From Convolutriloba macropyga (Eukaryota), in NCBI RefSeq assembly GCF_964194025.1, contig NC_134480.1, positions 16,368,001 to 16,432,000 of the forward strand: a stretch of 64,000 bases of DNA, written 5' to 3'. Below are positions 13,590 to 25,694 of the stretch, in pieces (within the stretch, counting starts at the first letter, position 1; each line of letters opens with the position of its first letter). A program made the translations under genes and the position numbers. The notes under the pieces are model-generated. The model made no database searches and was not told the origin of the DNA. It was given only the letters and a program-made list of their open reading frames with translations.

Positions 13590-15530
13590 CACGTCAGAAA
13601 CACTGCTGATCAATTGTTGAACACTGAGCAGGACAGTGCCCACATGGAGGTGGATAAGAGAAAAAATTCAATTTTGACCGGATATAAACAAAGTTGAGCA
13701 AAAAAACTGTTAAAATTTTAGTCTTTAATTTTAAAGTTAAATAGATGCATTAAGTACTATTTTCTGAGAAACAATTATTTAAAAAGGGGAATTTTTTTAA
13801 TTTTTAATTTCAGTTTTTTAGATATGTTTACTTCGGAAACAATAATCAATAACTACTGATCACTAGGATTAAAAATACCAAAAAGTAGGAGGCCAGTTTA
13901 AAATAATCAATTATTTCGTTGGAGATGGTAGTCTTGTGCATCAAACTAGTGTTCTATTCTGGGATTTACATCAAGCCTAGAGGGACAAATTTCTAGCTAA
14001 CTATTAGTTTGCTACACATTTAGTACTGAAGTTCTACGAGGGCCCTTTCGGGCTCGGTTGAGAAAAATTTTGTCACCGATCGTTGCGTGTAGATATTTGT
14101 AAGACATTGGCGCTTAAGCGCCCTGCCATATATTTGTTAAAATGCTTGAAAATTTCGGAGACTTCAGCTAGCATCATACTGGTTCTAGTGTACTCATTAA
14201 TCCCCTGAACGGGAAAAACCTTGTCGGCCTGGCTTTTGTATGGTTCTTTTCGCAAAAACGTAAGTTTATCTAAGTTTTTAAGTTTGAAATTTTTGAGGGG
14301 CTCCCACTAATTACAATCATTTGTTTGTGCGGTTATCTGCATAATGTTGAAAATTGCAAAAAATGTTATTTTTGTACGTTGGTTTTTTGAAAGAGCACAG
14401 TGACCCCTACCATTTCTCTCTAAAAAGCCTTATTTTCAATATACTCTTTTATTGAGAAAAATTGATCCACTAAAGTTACTGTGTGACAATTAATAGAAAC
14501 CGACCTTTGGACGATGAGACACGATTAACCAAATCTTGGCAATGACAATTGGAAACAACAGATTCCACTTTCAAGTGTGATTGCCAAATTTTTGTAATTA
14601 TCTGTCTCGTCAAAATGTAAATTTCAATTAAATCTAACAAAGTAGCGTTTGGTGGATAAATTTTTTTCTCAATGAACGGAATTTTAAAAATAAGGACTTT
14701 TTTAAGCAAAATATAGGGATCACTGTACACTTTCAGGAAAAAACGGACAAAAAAACAACTGCAATTTTTATTTTATGCAGCAGACCACACAAACAAATGA
14801 TTCAAATTAATGGGAGCCCCAAACAATTCAAATTTGAAAACTTGGAAAAACGAACACTTTCACAAAAACAACCATGACAAAAGCCTGGCTGACAAACCTT
14901 GCCTGTTCAAGCGATAGACGAGTTAAATAGAAGCAACATGCTCGCAGCGTTTTAACACTTGCCAGCGAGGCGATTATTTTCCAAATAAGTCTACTAAAAA
15001 TGTTCTATACCTAACAATCGGGACCAGTTTTTCCCAACAGAACCCAAAACTACCCTCGTAGAGCTTTGACATTGAATGTATAGAAAACAAAAAGTTTTCC
15101 CGAAATTTGTCACCTTGGGTTTGCTGTAATTCCCAGAATAGAACACTAGTTTGAGGCAAACAAATATTCTTTCAGATAAAATATTCACAAATAGCAATTA
15201 CCCTATACTTGCCTGCATATAAATGACTCTAAATGAGCAAAAGGAGAGAAGCGAAACCATATCAGTAAAAACTGCAGTTTGCTTCAGGATCCCTAAAAAC
15301 TCCAGTTTTAAAAAATATTTTCCTGTCACTTTGTTAACAGTGACTAATTTTATATACACTATTTGACTGGGTTTCCATCAACATAATTGGAAAACCACAA
15401 TGGTCAATTACTGAAAAGTACCGCCCAAAAACTTGAGATAAACTATTGTTATCAAGTATTACAAGGCTGATGAGCAAAAGAAAAAGAAGTTTGTAGCTTT
15501 TTTAAATTGGAATTGATCAAGGCAGCATTT
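13590..15530. mobile_element. Large degenerate foldback (long inverted repeat) element centred near 14550
   Basis: Perfect 24-bp inverted match 13941-13964 / 15131-15154; GGGGCTCCCA 14297 / TGGGAGCCCC 14811; colinear inverted similarity along the arms. Outer ends approximate. Confidence 0.75.
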
Positions 15531-15621
15531 CCAAACACAACACACTAACGGTCAGTTGCTCCCAAATAATTGTCGAGCAGTCTGATTCTGTAGTAGCCAG
15601 CTGAGGCTTAGGGATGTAAGA

Positions 15622-15840
15622 ATGGGGGGGGGGGGGTGGTAACGCGTTGGGGGAAGGGTCATGCGCTGGATGGAGGATCAAGCGATTGTGCGGGAGGGGG
15701 GGGGGGGGGGGAGAGGGAGGGTTAAAAGGGCTTGACGGGGGTGCAAATCGCCAGTTGGAGGAGGGTGGATGGGAGAGATGCGGATGGATGAGAGTGGTAG
15801 TGAGGGCGACTTTGTGTGCTGACGGGGGGGGGGGGGGGCG
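15622..15840 (+). repeat. G-rich low-complexity tract with long G runs
   Basis: Several runs of more than 10 G plus GGAG/GGAT motifs. Confidence 0.8.
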
Positions 15841-17503
15841 TCATTAACATCTGTCATTCACACAATGAACTTATGACTCCTCTGAACAGATGACAATGAA
15901 TCACATGCTAAGGAACTAGTTCATCTGTTTATTACAGTTTGGGAGCGAAAAGTTAGGATTCGGACGAAAAATTGGCACAGCAGAAAATCGCACAAAAAAG
16001 ACCGCAGGGTTAATATAATCGTTTGATGGCAATTTGAAATCTGTTTGAAAGCAGACGGTAATCGTCGTCCATTGGACGATATTGTATTGATGTCCGTGGC
16101 AGCTAAATGTCTCATGTAAAAACACTTACTGGATTTGAACTCTTCGAAGCAAATTCAATGCTAAAAACTTCCAGGACCAAAAATCTGACAAAAGTTTTCT
16201 CGAAGACCCAAAAAGCTCATTTTGTTTTAATTTTATTTTGCTTTCCTTCTCTAATTTAGTTTTGCTTACAGGGGCCCTACATATTGTTCTTTCAGCTTGC
16301 ATATAAGTTACTGATTAGGCTTGATCTTTGCTGTTTTCATGTGGGTAATAAGTGGCAAAATCTTCCTTCAGCCTGAAAAAGTTTTGAAAAATAAATGTAC
16401 TGACTGATATTACTTAAAAAATATTCCCTTTATTTGTTTCTGCTCTCACAATTGCGCATCTCAGAGCCCCACATATTTTTTTTTGTTTTTTGTATCATGG
16501 AGGACGAAAACTGAAAATTTCATAAAAACTTATCATAAGATTAATATAAATTCAACAAACTTTGTGAGCAAATAAACGTGCAAAGACATTAAAAAACTTA
16601 GCATATGAGAAGCTCAAGGCCACAAACGACGCAAGGTCACGGATTTGAAGGTCAGCAATTTTTCAAAGTGTTGTTTAAAGATTTTGTTTTGTCCCTAAAT
16701 TTTTGATATCAAGTAAAGACTGGTTTATAATTGATTTCTCTAGAATTAACTCTATTCACGGTTGCATATCTGAACGATTGTTGTTCAACAGTTTCCTAGG
16801 ACTTCCATTACCAAGAGGCACCGAATCGCATGAGCAGTCTTGTTATTGATTTCAAAACGCGCTCTCCAAAAAATATATATGTGTCGAGAACTCCAAGTCT
16901 CATCAGTCACGTCAATTATCTGCTACAGAGCAGATTGGGACGTCACTCCATTGGGACGTCCTGTGAATCGCATACTTTGAGACTTATGAGCTGAAAGGCT
17001 CCAAGAGAACTTGATGCCCGCTGGGCGCTACCTGTTTATCCCGTTTTGGAGGACGAAAAGTTAAATGGGTCAGACGAAAAATCGGCCAGGCAAAAATTAG
17101 CATAAAAAGACCAACAGGACTAATATAATTGCTACAAACTTCGTTTGAGAGCAATTAATAAACATGTGGAGCAAGGTCAAAAAACTTAAATGCAGAACCA
17201 TTTCAAGGACTCAATTGTTTAACTTCGAGTCAAAAGAAGCGGATTCAGCAATAAACTTAATATTATTACTGGTTTAGCACAAATTGAATTCTTAAAAATT
17301 GAGTTTTATAATTTTGTAAAATAGCATCACCTTTCTCAAACACCTCAGAGGTTTGTCCGTGAACACGAGAAGAAATTCAAACATCTGATAGAATCCACTC
17401 ACACTGCCCGACCGCACACCAAAGATAATGGCCCACCAAACTAGTGAAATACCGACCAATCATTAGAATAAGTGTCAGCTAAATTTCTATTTTCTCCTTG
17501 TAG

Positions 17504-17636
17504 GCTAAGCGCCCTGTCGGACAAGATTTCAGAGTTGAGCAAAAATTTTGCATCAAAAAAGACGCACACGACTACATTAACGTCTTCAGTCTTCTTTCCA
17601 GAGCACTTAAAGAAACAGTTGAAAGATATACTTTGA
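17504..17636 (+). CDS. Possible terminal exon of an unidentified gene convergent with EIPR1
   Basis: Strong acceptor TTTCTATTTTCTCCTTGTAG ending 17503; open frame LSALSDKISELSKNFASKKTHTTTLTSSVFFPEHLKKQLKDIL*; ATTAAA at 17701. No upstream exon could be linked. Confidence 0.25.
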
Positions 17637-17728
17637 TTCAATCAAATTCTGGAAATCAATTTCATATGAAATTGAACTAAATACCTTCTATATATACACA
17701 ATTAAATTTAATTAAGTTAAATATCTGA

Positions 17729-18809
17729 TTAGTCCAAAATATATTTCCATTTCTCATCATTTGGAACTCTGTTTATAACTAGTCTTCCATCGTAACTAAG
17801 AGAGGCAAAAGTCCAAGGATCTGCATGCGACCATTCAGCAGCATAAACTGAATCCTCATGATCTTCGTAATACTTGACAACACAATCTTCTAGCAAATCT
17901 TTCTGTCTTTCAAGGTCATTAACCTCTGATGACACACTGGCTATCCTATGCAGAATCACGCGACTGTCACTGCTACAACTTAAGATTAAAGAATCATGTA
18001 AAGGATTGAATCTCACGCTCCAAACCCAGTGTCCGTGTTCCGACATTGTAACCAAAGGCTCTGATTTCTTTCTCATATCCCAGATTTTAACATAACAATC
18101 GTCTCCACAAGTCGCTATGGTATGAGTCTTGTTAACGTTGAAGTTGATGTCACGTATCATCTGCCCATGAGCATGGTCAATAGTAGAAACCAGAACTTTC
18201 GGATCCCTGGCGTCGTAAAATTGCACAGAATTGTCAATAGCCGCACCAACTTGACTATTACTTGAATGCGGGTACCATTCAGCAGCTGAAAATTTGATTG
18301 CACTTTTTGTTTCGTATTTAGTAGTCGACGAAATTGAATTTGTGGTCTTAGCAACATCAACGTCCCAAAAATTGATTGTAGTCTCGGCCAAAGTCAGCAA
18401 ACACGTCGAATCCGCAGGATGCCATTGCGTTTTTGGAAACAACAAATTGTTTATCAGGGCAGTTTAGATCAAATTGTTTATCAGTCGTGCAATTTCCGTC
18501 ATTGTTGTTCAATTTGAAAACAGTGCAACCTTGATTTGCTTTCGAACCTACAAACTGTTGATGCACAGTTGCGATTATGTCTTCATGGAATGGTGACGAG
18601 GACAAATGCCAAATTTCTCCATCTGGGTGGGGGAAAATTGACTTGTTCAGGGCATTCCCTTCATCGTCGAAGACTATTTTGTGAACATAATTGTCGCCTT
18701 TTAGAGACTGAGTTCCAGCCAAGAATGTAATTTCAGTACTGACAAAAGAACACAAACATCGCGACTGGAATTCGAGACCATAAATAATACTGTTGTTTGG
18801 GTCTGTCAT
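17729..18809 (-). CDS. EIPR1: EARP/GARP-interacting WD40 protein EIPR1 (TSSC1), intronless, with one apparent +1 frameshift at 18430-18434
   Basis: IYGLEFQ..FLAGTQSLK..GEIWH in ORF 18357-18896 and AHGQMIRD..CGDDC.VK.WD..HWVWSVRFN..HEDSVYAAEWSHADPWTFASLSYDGRLVINRVP in ORF 17729-18445 match the EIPR1/TSSC1 family. Removing one A from an A5 run joins them (VSK-TQWHP). Start taken as ATG at 18809. Confidence 0.93.
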
Positions 18810-18814
18810 GTTAT

Positions 18815-18820
18815 CTGAAA
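18815..18820 (-). promoter_or_regulatory. TTTCAG splice acceptor 5 nt upstream of the EIPR1 ATG (candidate trans-splice site)
   Basis: Minus strand reads ACAGTTTCAG-ATAAC-ATG. Confidence 0.5.
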
Positions 18821-19016
18821 CTGTAACTGGTGGCGGAATCTCTTTAACGCGGAAATAATTTCTAAACTTTCGGGGAAATGAAAAGACGCGCTTCATTTCA
18901 ATTTTTCAGCAAACAGATAGTAAACGAAAGCCATTTCTAACACAAAACACCAACTTTTAAACTAATGTATATGTATAACTTATATTTTATAGCACCAATG
19001 ATAAACCTGACACGGT

Positions 19017-20564
19017 TTAAACGCTTAATATCTTTATCAAGGAATAGAAAAATGGAGCCAGCACCAAATTATCAATCTGTTTTGTAGAGAATTCAAGTAG
19101 CATTGTTAGCAATGAAACGAACACATAATTTAACCAACTAATAGTCATAACAACAGCGTTTGACTCGACCAGAAGCCAAGTAAAAACCAAGATTGACAGT
19201 GTCGCAACTATCGTAGCATCCAGGCTTTTCTTGTTACCTGGTAATCTGATCTTACCATACTTTGAACCATACATTGAAGCAATAGTATCGCCAATTCCAA
19301 CAGATAAAATGCCACTAAACAGCGGCAAACTTCGATCGTTGATATTTCCCGAATGAATCCATAGCGGGAAACACATGCTTATTAAAAGATAAATTGGAGT
19401 CAGGTATAGCGGTCCTGAATCTTGCTCATCGATAAAACTTGACAACTTATCGTTCAGAATTGGTCCCAAAACTGTAAGTTGATTTGCCCGGATAAATTCA
19501 ATAACAACAAAGACACAAATACACAATGATGATGCCAGATAAAGCACTCGTGCGTTCACCAATAACCCCGAAAGAAAAACGGAAACCACTGCAAGATGGA
19601 ACAATTTGCGAACTCTTGTTTTGTAAGCAGCTTTTGAGATATGATCGGATGTAACGAACACGGCTATCGCAACAGATGTCCCGAAGGTCAGAGCCCACGT
19701 CACAAATAGTTCTATGGCAAACCGCTTCTCTAACAGAAACTTTATGATCCATAATACCGGTTCTTTTTCTAGAAACCTGAACAAATAAACGTATGTTAAA
19801 ACTACTGCACCCAAAAGCTGCAAAAATAAAACTTTTCCCACAGTTCGGTCCGGTTTCTGCTTAACTGCCGCCGTATGTCGATCAGGTGATCCTGTGTACG
19901 GCATTAAAAGAACAACTAGCAATCCAGCCGCCAAAGACCACGTTCCCAATTCATCAAGAACGGCGTCTTTTCTGATTAAAATCATCGAAAGCTTCAACAT
20001 CAGAGCTGCTAAAAAATTTGAAACCAATAAACCCTCAGCCAGCGAGAACGATCTGGGAAGTCTTGATAAAATAAAGATCAAAATCAATATTACAAGAAGT
20101 AGATTGAAGTAGCACGTCAGGTAACAGGAAGGCCTGAGAAATGGATGATTCAATGTGAACCAAACTGTTCCTGTAATAGCCTGAATTGATAATCCACATA
20201 CAAACATCAAACATATTACTGCAAACGATATAATTGCAGAGAAAAAGTCCAGATTCATTGACCATAAACAACAGATTACTAATACAGAACACCAATTGTT
20301 CACAATAAATAACTGCTTTGCTTCGGGATATGCTTCAGTTATAAACATGAATGGGAACAAAGCTGAAAAGAGGGCCAGCCCATTTTCTATTTTTTCAAGC
20401 CGACATTTTTCCCGAATTACATCTATAGATGTAGGATACAACGTGGATAGAACGAAACAAGCAACAGATACTAGTAACAGACACAGGCAAACAGGTTGAG
20501 ATGTAACCGCATAGCATAAAAACTGCGTGACAGCGATTACACTGATTTCGACAATCTCAATCAT
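19017..20564 (-). CDS. DOLK: Dolichol kinase, intronless
   Basis: Multi-pass membrane ORF with RKLFHL, FIDEQDSGPLYLTPIYLL, GILSVGIGDTIAS..G..YGK.R.PG.KKS and QIDNLVL motifs of DOLK/Sec59. First ATG at 20564 (the track start at 20570 is TTG). Confidence 0.95.
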   Translation of the reverse strand: MIEIVEISVIAVTQFLCYAVTSQPVCLCLLLVSVACFVLSTLYPTSIDVIREKCRLEKIENGLALFSALFPFMFITEAYPEAKQLFIVNNWCSVLVICCLWSMNLDFFSAIISFAVICLMFVCGLSIQAITGTVWFTLNHPFLRPSCYLTCYFNLLLVILILIFILSRLPRSFSLAEGLLVSNFLAALMLKLSMILIRKDAVLDELGTWSLAAGLLVVLLMPYTGSPDRHTAAVKQKPDRTVGKVLFLQLLGAVVLTYVYLFRFLEKEPVLWIIKFLLEKRFAIELFVTWALTFGTSVAIAVFVTSDHISKAAYKTRVRKLFHLAVVSVFLSGLLVNARVLYLASSLCICVFVVIEFIRANQLTVLGPILNDKLSSFIDEQDSGPLYLTPIYLLISMCFPLWIHSGNINDRSLPLFSGILSVGIGDTIASMYGSKYGKIRLPGNKKSLDATIVATLSILVFTWLLVESNAVVMTISWLNYVFVSLLTMLLEFSTKQIDNLVLAPFFYSLIKILSV

Positions 20565-20570
20565 CTTCAA

Positions 20571-20576
20571 CTGAAA
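20571..20576 (-). promoter_or_regulatory. TTTCAG splice acceptor 6 nt upstream of the DOLK ATG
   Basis: Minus strand reads CCATTTCAG-TTGAAG-ATG. Confidence 0.5.
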
Positions 20577-22379
20577 TGGAACAAAGGTTTTCGGTAGATC
20601 GCCCCTTTTGTCATCAAATTTGAACCCTGAATATCAATTCAAACTTTGGGATTCTATATAATGTCTAACTAAATAGTAGTACGTAGGACATCATTGATCT
20701 ATCTCATGGTTGCATGTGAAAATGGTAGCATTGATGCACAAAAAGTAATTCATTGTCCACTTTGGATCTTTCATTGAAAATCTCTACATTAACTTCATGT
20801 CAATTTTCAGTGACTGGACACGTACTAAAAATGAATTGCGTTGTGACTCTGGAATTGTTGGGCTTTTACCCGTCTTGAATCCACTAGCCTCAGATTGGAA
20901 GAAGCTCAACAGCCTTGTTTTCAATATTTTCAGTTTTTCTGATCTTTTCCGTTTGTGCCCCCGACGCACGCACCATATTTTAGCATGATGAATTCCTCTG
21001 TAAATGGCACGTGCTCTGTGACTGGGGGTGCAGTGCATAACGCACTGGGGGGGGGGAGTACAATCGGAAAAGATCCAATTTTTCTTTGTCCAATTGTTTT
21101 TCCGCATAGATTTTTACGATTTGATTTAATGCTTTGCTAACAAATAAAATTCTATCAACAGTAAGGAGCCAAACAGCTTCTTAAATTGGAGCAGGAATAA
21201 GTCACTTATATTGGTGTCTTTCACATCGGTTCTTCTATTCACTCCCATTCAGGACTTGAACACAAAACTACTCACATTCAACAGTGTGGCATTAAACATC
21301 TAGCATTTGCTGGAAATCACAGAAAAAAGACGAGATGGTTGCTCAAAAAATATATCAAAAATTTTGAAAAGCTGTCTTATTCTCGAAAATTAAGAGTGCG
21401 TTCATTAGAATTCAGCTATACTGCAACTTTTACATCACAAAATCAGTCTGTACTACCGTTATACCCAAGAATAATTGCCCAGGCGAATCACGATGAGAGG
21501 CCCCGATGTAACAATGAGGCATGGAGGGTGCAACATCAGAAAAAATTGAGACTGCTCTTAAAATTGAATTAACAAATAAATTATAGAAACACAATCATGA
21601 CAAACTGGTAGTAGACCGATGACATTGGTTTCCCCTTTATAAAACCTCGAAGTTCTGATGCCTTCTGAGGGTACTTTTGTCCAGCAGAAGCATAAAGCAA
21701 TTTCAATTTTTGTACCGCAGCGTCAATTCAATAGTTCACAAAATCTGAGGTGCGATCCACTGAAATAAGCTTCAATTCCATAGTGACAACCCACAAGAGC
21801 AAAATTTGTTCTGACAGAGCACGCTACAGCCAGCGGCTACACTTTGATTTCAAAAATTCCCCGAGAGGATACTTCAGCACTAGTCAAATATATAATTTGA
21901 TTAGGAAATTCATCAAACTCCGTCTATTTTTTTAATGAGCAGGCTATCTAATTTCTGACAATCTGCAATATTAAATACCTCTGAACAATTACTTGCTTTC
22001 ATGACTTTGTGATACAAGCTTCCTCAACCATAATTCAGCATTCTTGTCTACAGGATTATGAGTTACTTGGAAACAGCCCCCCCCCCCCCCTCACAATGCA
22101 TGCGGATGATGTCTTTGAGGCTCATTAAAAGCGCAGGGAAGGAACCGTCAACTAAATTAAATAAATTGTTAAAATGAAGGTTTTCGAACATTACGTTCAT
22201 CGTCAGGTTTCCTTGAAATTATTTACGACGTATATATAGATTTAAAACAGGATTATCAATTTAAAGCTTTCTTACGAACGTTTTCGAACTCTGAGTTAAT
22301 CGTCAGGTTATAAACAATACAAAATGCTAAAATGAAAAGCCAGAAAATAGAATGCAAATCACTAAAGTCACTCATTCAA

Positions 22380-23430
22380 GGAAATATCCCGGAGTGTCAC
22401 ATGGATCAGTTCACGGTCCCTTGCTTTTCTTGGTTTTTATCAATGACCTTCCCAACTGCTCCATGTCAGACTCTTTTGGTTACGCTGATGATTTCAAGAT
22501 AGTTGGAACCAACCCAGTGGCAATAATTAAAGACATTCGGAGGATCTGGAAATGGTGCCAAAGTAATCTCATGGAAATAAATTTATCAAAAAGTAAATGC
22601 TTGTGGTTGAAGGGCGTCGGCACAGTCCGCTTGCCAAATTTCAGTTTTGGAAGCACTTCAGTAATGAAAGCCCTAGTAGTTGTAGCCGACACTCTTGCAT
22701 GGGCAACCCATTCTCAATCTCGTACTCAAAAGGCTTCAAACGCTCTTTCCTCTATCAAGAGAAACCTTTCTTTGGCAAATTACGCAAACAGGAAAAATTC
22801 GTATGTCAGTTATATTGTTCCAATTATCAGTTACGGCTCAAGTGTGTGGAAACCAGGCAAAGTTGAACTCAGTCAAATTGAAAGTGTACAGAAAGAAGCA
22901 GCAAATTGAATCAGTGGAGCCAAAATTCCTTACAAAGAACAACTCTTAAAACTCAATTTACTTCCCTTGTCCTTATACCAAGAGCTACATGTCGTTTTGT
23001 TATTTGCAAAAATTTTAACGGGGAAAGTTGATTTAAACTGGAAACTTCACATATCAAAAACCGAGCCAGGTACAACTCGATACCAAACGACTCGTAACTT
23101 CATATGACGACAACCGAAACTCAGGAAATGTGAATCCGATTATTGGTAAAGGGCCTGCCACCTTGAGAACACCTTCAACGAGTTCTTCCAATACGATAAC
23201 CTATTTCATGAAAACCACAATGCCAAAATTCTCGATCTGTATTTTGTCTACTTCAGACTGCGTTACGATGAAAGCAACACGTGCTCTTGCCGAATTATGT
23301 GTTGTTGCAACAATTGCATGAACGTGAAAAAACTGAATTTTGTTATCTAATAAACTGAACGAAACAAACTGGTGTTAATGTAAAGCCATTGGACTTTTTC
23401 CTAAATTCTGTTTTATAATAATTATTTTTA
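22380..23430 (+). mobile_element. 5'-truncated CR1/L2-group LINE fragment (RT C-terminal half)
   Basis: GVSHGSVHGPLLFLVFINDLP and YADD motifs; Cys-rich C-terminus (NTCSCRIMCCCNNC) near 23280-23320; TAA/TTA-rich tail at ~23415; stops and frameshifts. Confidence 0.88.
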
Positions 23431-23439
23431 TTAAATAAA

Positions 23440-24432
23440 ACGAATTTTTGCATATCTACAGTCTTATTTACAAAACTTCACATCTGAGTATGAATTTATT
23501 TTCGATTTAATGTGGCAGATGCACATCGACATGTTTTTTTTATTAAAAAACCAACATAAATTACCTTAAAGTAACTTTAGATTTGTTAAATTTTGAAGTT
23601 GAAGTTTTCGTTTCATAACGTGTCTTTCTTTCAAATTGGAATTTCATCTCCAAACTAGGCTTTCAGTGTCAATTCTCAAGTTCGGTTTTCGTCGCGCGTG
23701 TTGATGGCTTCAGTGTTCTTAAATAGAGCGCCTCTAGTGTCATTAGCTTAGAGTGGTAGCCACACTGGTCTAAAATCTTCCACTGGAAAGCTGTTTATCA
23801 CCGTTACACTCAATTGCATGTATTCCCATCTTTGAGACCACCTTGGCATGCTCTGCAACCCTTGTGGAAATATGTCGGCATGTCTGCCCTACATAGATGG
23901 ATTTGCATCCATTTCAAGTGATTTCGTAAACCACGTGGGGTTGGAGGTCTATATCAAAGCTAGATTTCAGGCTAGGTAAACAGCTCTTAAGTTTCCGGTT
24001 GGTTAAAATTGTCTGTACAGGATGAGTTTTGTTCAGCTTCTTTACAAACTCAATAGAGATGTTGCCTCTGTACTGTAATACAAATTGTTATTTTTCAGTA
24101 CTTTTCAGTTGTTTTACCGCTATACCCGCGTTATATCCTTTTCTTTGTTCTTTCAATCGAAGCTGGTTAATTGTATCCTTGACAGTATTCCCTCCCCAAT
24201 GCCTAGGATATTGATTAGGTTTCCAATTTTTTTCATTTTTTTGTTAATGCTTCGTGGAACGTTTCCCAATTGCTGTTAGCTCGAAACAGGCGGTGTACTG
24301 TTCCCTGTATTTTGCTTTTCTTATATTGAAGGGGTGCACAGATAGGATAGTTCAGAACCGTTCATGTATCTGATGGTTTTTGATACCATGTGCGAAAAAA
24401 TGTCCCCTCCTGTTGTACAACAATTGACATGA
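23440..24432 (-). mobile_element. 5'-truncated Penelope-like element (RT thumb + GIY-YIG endonuclease, ORF remnant 23655-24432)
   Basis: Minus-strand translation gives WYQKPSDT*TVLNY..CAPLQYKK..IQGTVHRLF and VVYEIT*NGCKSIYVGQTCRHISTRVAEH..LMTLEALYL. Not in the ORF track because of stops. Confidence 0.88.
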
Positions 24433-25574
24433 ACTAAATTAACAACGATTTTTGAAAATCAATTACAGTTAAAATCACAGTTAATATAACTAAAATAACA
24501 ATTTTTTTTATTCACTCCACCAAATATTTTACAATCTTCATTTCATAGTTTCTGAAAATCCTGGTATTTGATTCTAATTCCTAAAATAGTGTTTTTAATT
24601 TTCTTTTCTATCTCTTTTTAACCTCCTTTACTAATCGGGGTTACCTTTTATGGAAGAAAGTGACAACCTAATGACAAAAACTGAGACACAGAAAAATTGA
24701 AGTTTGCATCTACTAATGAAACAGTAAAAGATAAGTGAAAAGAATAACCACAGGCTCGGGACGTCCCAACCGGAACCGGCAACTCTAGCTGAAGTTCATA
24801 GAATGGTACTCCGTTTCAGCTTGTTCTGTCAGCGCCCGGTAGCAGTTACAAGAACCCTAGTATTCAAGAGGTTGGGGGACAAGATAATGTTCAATGTTAA
24901 AAAATATCCTCTAGAATACTTTGAGCATGCAAAGCCTTCATACAAAACCTACAATCCACTCTTGAGAGAATCAACAGTAATGGAAAACTGACATAAATAA
25001 ATCTGACAATAAGCAGAAACGACGATAGGAAAAATAGCTGTCATTGGTACTAAAAATCTACTTATACCGGCATAATATGAAATTTGCGTAGCTGCGATAT
25101 GTAAAACACAAGGAAGCGTGATTCACGGGCTGAAAAAAGAGTTTTCACCGCAACCAGTTAGTGCTACTATTTAATATAGCTCTTAAGAAAAATAGAGTGA
25201 CCTGTACTAAAAATTAGTATCAAACTGAGTGCTCTTCCAGCGTTGTTCATGAGACGTTCGATAAAATAATCAAAAGAGGAAAAATTACAGCAAATCCCTC
25301 AAGAATGAACAAGATATCAAAACAGTTAAATGTAAGAACTAAAATAAGCTTAAGCTGGCGTTTATGTTCGTTACAGAGGGAAAAATACTCAAGTTTTGCA
25401 AGTGGACTGAAAAAACTATGTTATGTTCAAATCATTCTCACAACAAGAAAATTAGAACTTTCTTGCCCAACCTCAAATCATTTTTTAAGAAAAATTTGGA
25501 ACCGCATTTGGGACATAAAGTGGATGCAATTTCATATATGTTGACCAAACCAACAGACATGCTTCCACTAGAAT

Positions 25575-25694
25575 AACGAAACGAGCAACATATTCCAGTA
25601 ACAGACACAGGCAAACAGGCTGCCGTGTGATGACATAGCATAAAAGTTGCTTGGCACTGACTACACTGATTTCGACAATTTCAATCATCATCAA
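25575..25694 (-). pseudogene. DOLK: Truncated duplicate of the DOLK 5' end
   Basis: MIEIVEISVVSAKQLLCYVITRQPVCLCLLLEYVARFV matches the DOLK N-terminus; homology stops after ~40 codons. Confidence 0.85.
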
